DNA from: Candidatus Omnitrophota bacterium
GTDB lineage: Bacteria > Omnitrophota > Gorgyraeia > JABMRN01 > RBG-13-46-9
Assembly: GCA_013203315.1 (NCBI GenBank)
Contig: JABMQJ010000026.1
Span: 32,001 to 96,000 of the forward strand
DNA length: 64,000 bases
Direction: 5' to 3'
Part shown: positions 28,781 through 40,700 of the stretch, piece after piece
How the letters are laid out: each line of letters starts with the position of its first letter
Numbering within the stretch: the stretch's first letter is position 1
The notes under the pieces: generated by a model
The model's database searches: none
Told to the model about the DNA's origin: nothing
The model's input: the letters and a program-made list of their open reading frames with translations, nothing else
Position numbers and translations under genes: made by a program

Positions 28781-31700
28781 GATGAATGCTTGGCGTCCTT
28801 GGCAGTCTTGGCGAGTTTGGCAAGAACGCAAACTAAATAAACGCGAAAGTAATTATAATAATATAGATGCTAATGGTCTATCCGGAGGCGGTGTGTCTTC
28901 GGACGATTCTATGGAAGGCATGGCAGTTTGGACAAAACGCCATGCCCTTTTAATTAAAACTTTAGCATGGGTTTTAGTTTTTGCTTTTATAGTTTATGAC
29001 ATAACATGGGCGCAGGGCGGCGAGCCGCTTAGCCTTGGCGCTAAGGCGAGCGCCGTAAAAGTAAACGGCAGAGTTCACGAAGAAGGCATCAGGATACCGC
29101 GCGACGCCGGCTGGGCTCACGAATCGCATATCAACGGCAGCGACGAATTTATATTTAACATACAAGACCCGCACGCAAGCCTCGATGCACAGCACTCAAT
29201 CGTAAGAATCCTCGAGTCACTAAGCTCAAACTACGACCTGAACCTAATCGCGTTAGAAGGCGCCGAAGGCCCGATAGACATATCGTTTTTACGGACCTTC
29301 CCGGACGCTGAGATACGGAAGCACGCGGCCGAATATCTAATGCGCGAAGGCCGCATGTCAGCGGGTGAATTCTTCGCAATTGTATCCGAAAAACCGATAA
29401 AGCTCTACGGCATAGAAAATAGTCGCCTGTATCTCGAAAACGTGGAAGTATTTACGAAATTCATGGAATCGAGGCAAGGCTGCATAGACCACGTAAAAGG
29501 CGCTTTAAAAGCCCTAGAGAAATTCGCGCCAAAAGTTTACTCAAAAGACCTTCAAAAGTTATTGAAAGCGTCCAGGCTCCACGAGGAAGACAAGCTCGCA
29601 TTCGTTAAGTACTGGGAAGTTATTACGAAAATCGCAGAAGAACGCAATGTTGAACTTGGGGATTTTGCGGGCCTTCCGCAACTACTGGCAGCAATTGAAA
29701 TCGAGAAGGAAATCGATACAAAAGAGCTCAACAAGGAAAGAAAGCAGCTTCTTGACGAGCTTACAAATACGCTCACAAAGCCAGAGCTCGAAGACCTCGT
29801 AAAAACATCTCTCGATTACAAAACCGGCAAAGTATCCCAAAGCCAGTTTCACAAGTACGTGATGCGCCTTGCGCTGGATAAAGGCCTTTTCCTTCAGCAA
29901 TACTCCAACCTGGCAACGTTTAGCCGATACATCGCCGCTTACGAAGACATAAACTTCATGCAGCTTTTCCTCGAGATAGAGCAAGTTGAAGCCCGTCTCA
30001 GGGAGATCTTATTCCTGAGCGATGAAGAAAGGGAGCTCTATAACTTCACAAAAGCAGTCCGCACCACAAAAAAGCTATTCGATATCGCAGTAGGCAATAG
30101 CGACTACGAATTTATCCTGGAAAGCAAGAAATACTTCAATACAGATAACCTGCGCGAATTTATTAACAAAACCTACAAAAAATATGCCCTGATCAATGAA
30201 GATGAGTATGACGTAAATCGCGTATTCGAAAAACTAAGTGATGGCACCGAGCTTTATAACGTAGCCCAAAAGCGTAATAATGCCATGATTTCAAACACCC
30301 TAAGAGCCATGAGGATTAACAAGGAATACGCTGCCGCTCTCATAACCGGTGGTTTCCACTCAAAAGGCTTAGCAGAACTCATAAGAAAAAAAGAGCTTTC
30401 ATACCTGATTGTAATGCCGAAATACGAAGGCGAAAACAAAAGGCCGTATATAGCCGTTCTTACACAGAAACGCCAACCTTACGAGGAACTTCTTGAAACC
30501 GGCGAATACATGCTAGCAGTAAGGGCTTTCTGTTGGGACAGCGATCCGCGGAACATGGCAAGGGTCATAATGCCGATCGCAATATTGGCAGAACGCGGGC
30601 CTCTATCATTTGAAGATCTTGTTACGCAACACTATGAACAATTTTTACCTGTTTTTGAATACTATCAGAAGGCAAGAGAACAGTGGGGTGGCGATGGCTT
30701 GAGAACGCCGGTTGCGGAAAAAGACTTCTGCGCTATATACGGAGCAGAGGCGGATGCAAGCGGTAAACCGATTAGGGGCGAAGATGGCAAAATTCAGATA
30801 AAAACAAAACCGGTTGTAGTTAGAACATCGGTAGCGAACACACCAGTTTTTGTCGTGCGCCTCAAAATAAACGGTGAGAGTTTTGTTGGCTGCTTCGCTG
30901 AAAAAGACGGAAATTTTGAGTACCTCAGCCTGGATAGCTCAATGGCTAAAAAAGCAATAAGGAGCGCGACACGAAAAACCAGGAGATTAGCTTCGGAAAG
31001 AAAAGAAATTACCGCCGCAGTAGCGCGAGACGTTTCAATTGACGGGGCTGAAGGCATATTAGAAGGGCTAGGATCGCTATATATAGAGGAAAGCGCACTT
31101 AATACAGACCAAATAGCAGAGCGTGATAAGGCGCTTGAACTTATTGGAGCAGCAGCCAGTCGGCTTAATGGCCAAGAGGTAACCGTTAATAGGGCTGTTC
31201 GAGCCTTTGCAGGCGCAGCAGGTGCAGCAGGATATAGGATAGACCGAAAGAAGATCGGAGAAGACCTTCAGAATGTTATTGCAGCAGAAATAAAAAAGAA
31301 ATTAACACCGGAAGCTGCAGTCATACCGGATTTAGATAACAGGCTTAGCGAAAAGATAGAAAGATCCTTAAAGGAGCACCCCGAACAGAGAAATCCGGAA
31401 TCCCTAGCAAGTTTAAAACAAAAGCTGCTGGAATTATACAAAAAGATTTCGTCTTCTAAAGATATATTAGGTAACCCGGAGAAACAGGAGAAACTAGCGG
31501 CATTAATTGAATATACATTTGACAAGCTTTTAGATCAAGACGTAGATGATCTGAAGCTCCCGTATACTCCTCACGGCGCAAAACACTCGCTTGACGTTGC
31601 TAATTATATGGAAAGCCTGGTAGAAAATACCCCCGGTCTTAAAGAAAGGCTGGAAGATCTCTACGGCGAGAATTATAAAGAAATAGTTTTTTTGCTTGGA

Positions 31701-34700
31701 CTTCTTCATGACATAGGATATGCCGGATTGGAAGGCGCTAAGAAACAATTTGGAAAAGATAAAGTCGAAAAAGGTTATCATGCTGACTTAGGTGCGGCTA
31801 TGGCAAGGGATGACTTATCCGCTATTTTGCGGGAACTTTTTGGCATGGAAAGAGATGGGTCTCGGGAAGACAAAAGCGCGTTAGACGATTTCATAGATGC
31901 GATATTGCTGCACGGCGCGGATAAACGAAGTGTAGAAGAAGAAGGTCCTGAAGGTTCCGGCGAGCATAAGCATACACCGGCAAGCGAAACTAATAACCCT
32001 CTCCTCATGCTGGTGAGGTTAGCAGATAATCTGGATGTCTCCAGGGATAGGCTGAGAGGTTGGCAGAAGAATCCGTGGTTTATGAGAATACTTTATCACA
32101 TGGCGAACGATCAGGTTCTGCAGGATATTTCAGAAAGAAAGGACCTGACAAAAGACCAACGCGAAAACTTAATCAATGAAAGATTGAAATATCTAAGGGC
32201 AGAGGAGCTTAAAAAGCTGAAAAAAAGAAAAAAACTTGCCCAAAGAGTGCGGGAAAGTGGTGATACGGAAGCCATGGAAGAGTTCTGTAATGAGTTTCAG
32301 ATTGATCCGCAGACAGATCAAGAAATGATAATGCAATTATTGGAACAACTAACTAAGCCAGGCTCTGAACAGGAGTTTAAGAGAATTGAAGAAATGATTG
32401 GCAAAATGGATAACGAGGCATTCAAGCACTTTATAGGTGCCTTGGCTATCAGGGAACTTATATTGAGCGTAGATGAAGAAGGAAATTTAGCGATAAAAGC
32501 CATCGTTACGGACAGGGCAGACAATCCTATTTGGAGGGAGGCTGCCGAATTCCAGATAAATGGTAAAGGAAGAACCAATAATGCGCTAGAGTCACTTAGT
32601 ATAAACGGAAGAACTGTGAGAGTCCAAATCAGCTATGGAAAAAAGCAGTTGGAACTACCAATGCCAGGTGATCTCGGGAAACCAGTTGGTGCATTGGCCT
32701 CAGTTGCTGCATTGGCCATTGATGTAATGGAAGCGCAGAGCGTACTAGCTGTGCCGGGAGCCGAAGTGCATGTAGAAGACGTTACCCTGCCTGCAGCCAC
32801 GTCTGTAGTAGACGTTACCCCGCCTGCAGCTACGTCTGTTGTAGATACAACCCAAATCCAGCCTCAAATCGAGCTGGATGAAGCCAAGAAAGTATCTCCG
32901 TATTTAGCAAGAGTACTCCCCACATTAAGCCCAGAAATATTGAGCCAAAAAACCGGTATAAAAGCCGAGGTAGTAGACCTTGCCGGCACGCTACTTGGCA
33001 TAAGAGATTATCTTTTAATGAAAGAAGAAGGCAAAGAATTAGTCATGGCATGGATCCTGGAAGATAACGAGAGAAAACAGAAGATGATGGAAAAAGCCGG
33101 AGAAGATTATAAAGGAGACGGTTATGATTTAGTCTTGCAGGTAGCTGAAAAGCGTTTTGTAGATGGTAAGAGAGAAAAAGAAAGCGACAGGGCTGCTGCC
33201 AGACGCGTTGCATTAGGAATGGTGGCGCAGATTATAGCATACTACGGGAAGGAAAATATCGCTGCCCCCGGTGTCGAAAAAATAACAGCCAAAGCGCTGC
33301 AGGGTAAAATAAATAATGCCTTTACAAGGAGAGATAGGGCCAGACGCGAACAGCTTCTTGTAGAACACGGCATAGACATAGCGGAAAGTAATGCCCAGCT
33401 ATTAGTAACCACAAATACAATCGACTTGGAAGGAAGAATAGGCATATTAGGAAGGTTCGGCGTTACGGTTACCGCAGATCTTCTTTTATGCAGCGAAAAG
33501 TTATTGGAAACCAATATACCTATTATAATTGGGCATGACATAAAACCGGAAGATATAACCGCAGATCACGTTCATAACTTTCAAGATACGTTAAGAACAG
33601 AGCGCGAGGAAGATGTAAGACACATAGCGAGCTTAGGTGCTGACGAAGAAAATGCAGGGGCGCAAGCAACCGCGCGGCACGAGGCCGTTCAAGCAAAAAT
33701 AGACCGAGTGGATCGTGAGCGTGAGGCACTTGTGAGGAACTTAATATCTGCGCGTCAAAAAAAGCACAATACGCGCATGAAGGCAGAAGGCCAGAACCCG
33801 ATCGAAGGTACATACGAGGATATTGCGTTTCGCAGGGACGCGCTAGGAAAAGAAATTTTCGGCAAACTTTCCTCGCTTAAAGAGGAACTTGCACAGAATA
33901 TTCCGGAGGACGATGCAATAACAGCAATAAAGCAAGAACTGGAAGAGCTCAAAACAAGGGTAATAGAACTTGATAAGAGAAGAAGAGAAAGAAAAGGTAT
34001 TTCGAGAATACTTAATCTCGTAACCCGAATGATAATAGGAAGGCGTGTCCGTAGGATAGCTCGGCTGGAATTTGAACTAAACGAACGAATTCCGCAAGCC
34101 GCGCTCATGATTCAAAAGATAGATCTTTATGAAGCAGGATTGCTTCAGGCCGAGCCGCAGGATATAGGCATGTTGCGAAATGAAATCGAGAATGCCCTTT
34201 CTCGAAATGACGCCAAAGACTTCAAAAAGCTAGTAAGAGAATATCTGACAAAAACAAGGGTATTAAACGATATAGATAACGAGCTAGACAAATTTGAATC
34301 GGATCGAGAAAATCAGGTTGCCCACGAGGAACGATTCTACATGTATTGCCCGCAGTCTGTAAGGGACTATATAGAGGTAAGGCGCTCTGAGATAGCCGAG
34401 CTTAAGGCCAAGATAGATGCGCTTGACGCAAAAATAGAATCCGGAAGAACCGTGAAAGGATTCAGGAGAATCCTTAGAGGTCGTCGCTTTGGAATTTTGA
34501 CTTTGTTAACACGTGTTAGAAAATTATTTCATAAATTGCAGCTCAACAGATTAGAGGCACAGTCAACCCCGGAAGCGATTATTGCCAGGCTTTCCGAGGC
34601 TGCAAGGAGACACCTTGCATTCCAAACCAATGAATGGTCCAGATTCAACGGATTTTTAGGAGGTCTTGCGGATATTAACACGCTTGTCAAGGGAGGTATT

Positions 34701-37700
34701 CCGGTGATAGCAGACATGGCAGTTCGTCTTGTTTCAAGGGAGCGGCAAAAACCCCTTACACCGGAGGAAAGAAAAGAACTTGAAGACAAAATAGATGAAA
34801 GAGTAAGAGAACAATTAGGCATTGAAATCACCGATGACGAAATAAAAATAGATGGGAATGGCAAAATACAAAGCGAAATTGCATTATTTTTCGGAAGAAA
34901 CCTGAATTTAAAACCCGGCGCACAGCAGCCATCATTCCTGAGAGACTTCGTTTTTCTTACCGCTGTTAAATCCGGAAAATTCAGAATAAAAGATAAAGAT
35001 GGAAATGTCAAAGAAGTGAATCTTAGTAAAAGGTATGAAGCGCTTACCGGTGAAGAAAAACAAGCATTCGATAGCGAACTTGCCGAGATATGCCGCGGCG
35101 CAGAAGATGACCTGGTAAAATTAGCCATACACGATTTTCTTATACCATGGGCCGGAGAACGGCAACCCAATATAGTAGCTACGCTCTCTGCAAAAAGTGA
35201 AGAACTAATGAAGAGCCTCGAGGCGCGCAATGAAGCCATAATCGATCTTTTCGAAAAGAATTTGTTAGTTACAGATAAGGAAATGATAATACAAATGGAA
35301 GCGCCGAGCATACCCTGGAGAGATCTCGGCAGGGTAGCTGCTACCATTGCCGGTATTTCCCTTGTTGGGGGCATCATTGCAGCGACCGGGGGATGTGGTG
35401 CATCGCCAGTACTCAACCAGCCTGCCGTTGAACAAGCAGCGCAGCAAGCTGCGCAGCAAGTTGCAGAAGTACCGCAAGAACCAGCCTTGCCGCCGGCAGA
35501 GCCAACAAAAGCAACCGTACCTACCCCTGCGAAACAACCGGAAAAGCGTGTTACAAAACCTAAAGCAAAGACACCCAAAGCCGAAGTAGCAGAGGAACCC
35601 GAGGTAGAGAAACCCAAGGTATCGGAAGGATTAGATGCATTAGATGTATTATTGCCACAGGTACCGGGAGAAGGCGAATGGCTAGATAAATTAGTGCCAG
35701 AGGTAGAACCGGGAGCAGCGATACCTAGAGCAAGAGTGCCAGAGATGGTAGAGCTGTCCGTGCGAGACTTCCATGAGAGCCTGTATGGTTTCCCACGGGA
35801 TCAAGCCGACGGACTTAAAGACACTCATTTAACACGCGATGATTTGAAGAATATCTTTTCAAGGCTTAGCGGAAGTGTCGGACATAATCAGTCGTGGGAA
35901 GGTGCGCTTAGTCAAACAACAATACATATGAACGGAGTTTTAAGATGGCTTCGTGATAACAACATAAAACCTGAACAAATTCCTATGCTCTGGAGCCGCA
36001 TTCCGCGCACAATGCTTACAGGCGACCAAGCGCATACGATAGACCAATTAAGCCCCGGATTTTTGGAAGTATTGGGCCTTGCAATGAGCTTTTACGCAAA
36101 CGATATTGCAAGCCCCGCAAATATTGAGGAACGCGGAGGAAGAGCGCTTTTGGCGCAAAAAAGAAGCGAAATATTACGCGACCTGAAAAATTATATAGCA
36201 GGCGGAAACATTATTGCGAAGCCGGGTTCGCGTGCCGCACGCTTTGAAAATATCCCCGAATCACGCCGAAGGCTTGAACTTGGGTGGAATAAATTTGTGA
36301 CTAATAGCCTTGGATCGATAGATGCCGCAACTATGACTCTTTCCGATTCAAAGGACTTAAGAAGTGAACAGGAAAAGTTATCCCCGGCGCTTGATATTAT
36401 ACTTGGACGACCGGTGAACCTTAGGAGTAAAGTTGATAGAAACCTACTGCAGACCCTCGCTTCCTTTGCAAAACTTAACGGAATTAAAGCAGAGGACATG
36501 ACCTTGCTTATAAAAGCCGGTATGCCATTAGGACAGCTTGTACCACTATTTCATAGTTCGGCTACAATATCAGAACAACAAAGAATCCAAGCCAATATGA
36601 CCCAAGAAGAGATCAGCAGAACACATGCCCGCCATAATGCAATAGCGCTTAGCCGAGCTCGCCAAAAACATATAGCAAGGCTAGATAAGGCCAACCAAAG
36701 ATTCCAGAGAAGAATGAGTACTCTTGAATCTCAAGGTCTTACAGGCCCACGAACAGAATACGTGCAGAGACAATTAGCAGACTTACAAAGCCAAATAGAT
36801 GCTCAGCAAACTCTCTTAGGTTATTGGATAGAAGCAGATAATTCCAAGTATTACTTCGAGAGGGAAATAAAAGAGAGTACAACATCACCTGGGGACATCA
36901 GGCAAGAAATCGATGGAACCATAGCCGCAAGCAACAGCATAATATTGTTAAACGAACATTTAAATAATTTCCTTAGCATAATAAAGGCGACGTTCGAGAA
37001 TCTCCGTCCGGGCGAGAGCTTGAGCGATATACTTGCCGAGGGAGATACGGCGCAACTCGCTAGGCTCGGACGTGAAGCTTATGCGGTAAGAGCAAATTTT
37101 GCAACTATGTACGAGGTCATTTCAAGAGTCGCTGACCAATACGAGAACCCGCTAGCAAGCGCACTTTACTTTGCCTCCCAGAACGGGAAGGCTTTTCCGG
37201 GCACATATGTTGATGAAAATGGTGCTAGAAAAAAACTGGCTTATTTTGTGGAAAAAGACGGCCAGCGCCCGATCATAAAAGTTATTTATGACAATGAGCC
37301 GGAACCGCGCAGGACCTATGTAGACTGCGAATTTGATGAAAGAGAATGGCGAAATATAGAGGCGTCGGTAAAAGGTGAACGTGACCCCAACCCTACCAGG
37401 GATATTAACGATCCAACCAAGCCCGGTAAGCTTCTTGAAAAATTAGGTCCCGCTATGGAAATAGAAGAAGGCATAGAGGGAATTCCCGAACCCGTAATCG
37501 GCTTACCCGGGGGTATAGGCGACTTGGGCGTGACTGGTGAAGATCTCTTACAGCCCGCGACACAACCCAAAGTGCAAACCGAAGCTGAAAAAGCGGAAGA
37601 AGCCCGTCTGGAAAAGGTGAAGGGAGAGATTGCAACTAACTTTGACCTAGCAAATAAGGCACTGGATGGGGCAACTGAGGCCCTTAACGCGGATAACCTC

Positions 37701-40700
37701 GAAAAAGCGGACGACGAAATAGAAAAAGCAAAGGCTTTATACGATAGACTTGTAAGATATTCCTTCCGGAATGAGCCGGTAAAGCCCGGGGACCTTAAGG
37801 CGCTAAAAAACAGGATATCCGAAGCCGAGACTCAGCGGAAGGAAAGCCGGATATATAAGAGAGTACAAAAGCTTGAAAAAAGGTTATCTAGAATCTCAAT
37901 AACCATAGAAAACATACGTAGAAACGCGAATAAATTTGAAAATGAAACGGACTATAAACGCGCGAAAGATATAATTGACGGCATATTCGCTTCTTTAAAG
38001 AAAGAATTTTCCACCGGGGAATTGGAGTATAAAAAACAAGAAATAGATGCCTTAAAAGTGGAGTCCCGGCTCGCCGATAGTTTTGCCAGGGCATTTTTAT
38101 TATTCAAGAAAGCAAAACAGGATCAAGCAAAATTCGATGCCCAAAGGGAAGAAGCAAAGCGTAAGTACGAGGCGATAAAGGAAAAAATAACCAACGCCCC
38201 GCGACTTCAGGGACTTCCCCTTGCCCGGGGAATGGTGCACGTATTTCTGCATGGCAACGGCAGCCCCAGCCTCGCGCGATTTTTTAACAGAAACAAACCG
38301 AGGCACGGAAGATTTGACGAAGGCGATGTTATTGTAAGTGATACACCGGTACCCGATCATCTTAAGGGTAAGAATGTGGAATGGTATCGTTATAAAATAA
38401 GTTTCCTCAGGAAAGAAAAAATTCCCCTTAAGTCCGGCGATCCCAAAGCGACCCATGTTTCGGTAGACGGAAAAGAGTACTCGGTATATGGCCCTGTTTA
38501 CATGGTATTGGAAAAGATAGAAAAAGGCAAAAAAACTATAAGGGTAGCGAACGATACAATTGATTTGATGAAGCTTGTAGGCACAGGGTATACACTTAAT
38601 GATGAAAATGGAAATCCGCTGTTCTCAGAAGCCGTAGTAAAACTCGCCAAGGACAACGACTACGATGCGGCTGCGATACAATGGAATATAGATTTATCGA
38701 GACAGAGACACGAAGGCATACGCCAGGCGAAAGAGAACTCAGAGGAGCATGTGGTAAGACTGATACTCGATTCCTGGCAGGCCCATGCGGAAAATCTTGA
38801 GATTGAAGAAGCGTGGGCGGAAATGCTTCGCACAATGTCCGAGGGCACAAAGGTTGAACTGGGCATATCAATAGGGGCCTATACAAAGTCGCTTCCATTT
38901 GTGTCGGTGTGGGCCGGTATTACCAGGATCATAGATAAAAGAAGAGATGCTTATGTCAGCCAGGGTTTCTGGAAATATTATGTTAAGATTCAAGAGGTTA
39001 AGAATAGACAGGTTAAGCGGGTAAGCAGGGCCCTCGCGGACCTGACTGAACTGGGAGAAGTAAGGGCCGAATTGACACGCCTCAAAGGCGATGAAACGAA
39101 TTATAAAAATCTCCTGAAGAAAGAAAGGGACAAAAAATCTCAAAGGGCAATAAGGGCCAGGCTGGCTTCTATCGGCGCAGAAATAGCAGGGCTCCAGGCC
39201 CGCGACAGCGAGTTAAGCGAAGGCGTTCTTACTGAAATGGGCGAAAAGCTTAAGATAGATGAGATAGTAATCGATCCTAATAGACGTCTGAGGAAATGGC
39301 AGATTAACCGGATTCTTGCTCAATATGGGGTAGACGCGGGCACGGTTTATCCTGTTATGCGCGCATACTATCTCAAAAAATGGGCTGAGGCCAAACAAAA
39401 AGAAGCAGAAGCAGGAAAAACACCTGTATATACCTCTAAATCCATCGTAAGCGGTTCTGCCAGCGCCGCCGGTTTTTATGGCGGCATATTCGCGAGCATG
39501 GATGCCAAATTCGTAGATAAGGAACTGACCCCGGCAGTGGCTGATGTAATAAAACTACGGCAGGATGTAAATGCCAATTGGACGGCATACAATTCGCAGC
39601 AGAAAAAGAAAAAACTCGAAGTCATTTCTAAGGCGATAGACGAAGTTATAGATGCCTCGAATAGGAAAATCAAGAATCTGGCAGAGCGCAAAGCCGATGC
39701 GGAGAAGAAATACAAAAAAGGACTTTTAACCTTTGGACAATACGACGAGGCGCTTATAAAACTGAGGGAAGCAGAAAAGGAACACTCCGCTATAGTAACG
39801 CAGGGAAGCGCAATACAATACGATTTATGGATGCTTCATGACGGCCTTGACAGACAGCTGGGAGACGCCGTTAAGCTCAAGAGAGAAAAAGGCGCAATAA
39901 CCGCAAGTAAGTTCATGGAAGATGTGCTCAAAACATCCCGCGAGATTGGCGCCGGCAAAATGGCAGATGTAGATGTGCTGGAACATACCCGGCGCTTGAA
40001 GGAAGGGAAGGATAAAGGCGTAGTTACAATTGAAGGCGTTGGTGGCTTTGTAAGCACCGGCTCGGACGGAAAAGGTATTTCCTTGGGCGCGGGGGCATCA
40101 ACAACCCTTAAAATCGATACCTCGCGGGAACAGAAATTAGATATATTGGCAGATACCCTTCTTATATCTGAATTAAGAAAAGAAGCAACGGAAGAAGACG
40201 CGGCCATTAATGCCTTAAACGCACTCATTAGTTATAGGGGTATAAAGAAACAGACAGAATACGCGACCGCAGGGAAGAAGCATTACGAGGACTATAAAAA
40301 AGGCGCCGGCACACGAGAAGAAAAAGCCGAAGCCGAAGGATATCTGGCTGACGCGGTTCTTAATTTGAGAGGAGCCGAGCGATGGCTGACATCCGCAATG
40401 AGAGAGGCAATCACGTTAAGAGGCGGAGATTTTGCGAATGTTACGGATATAGATGACCCCACTGTATTATCCGGTATTATAGCCGAACTAAAGGTGAATC
40501 GTTATAAAAGAGAACTTGAGATATTAGACCTGCAGAAGAAAATTATAGAGGCCATGGCCACAATAATAGCCAAAGGAGATTCGTTCTCCCTGGCTTTAGG
40601 CCTTGCCTACGCGGTTCAATCAGATGGTGGTTCCACGCTGCAGACGATCGGATTTAACATACAAATGGAATCGAATATATTCGGTCCGTTCTTACCCCTT

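Noticed and set aside
28681-28900. c-di-GMP-I riboswitch in the giant-gene leader (GGCAAA, GAAA and CGCAAA-like words)
   Set aside because: The words do not fall in the required order and pairing. An Rfam scan would settle it.
35277-35297. Separate gene starting at AAGGA..ATG before the lipobox segment
   Set aside because: There is no upstream stop in frame and the SD spacing is poor (1 or 13 nt). Internal initiation remains possible but unsupported.
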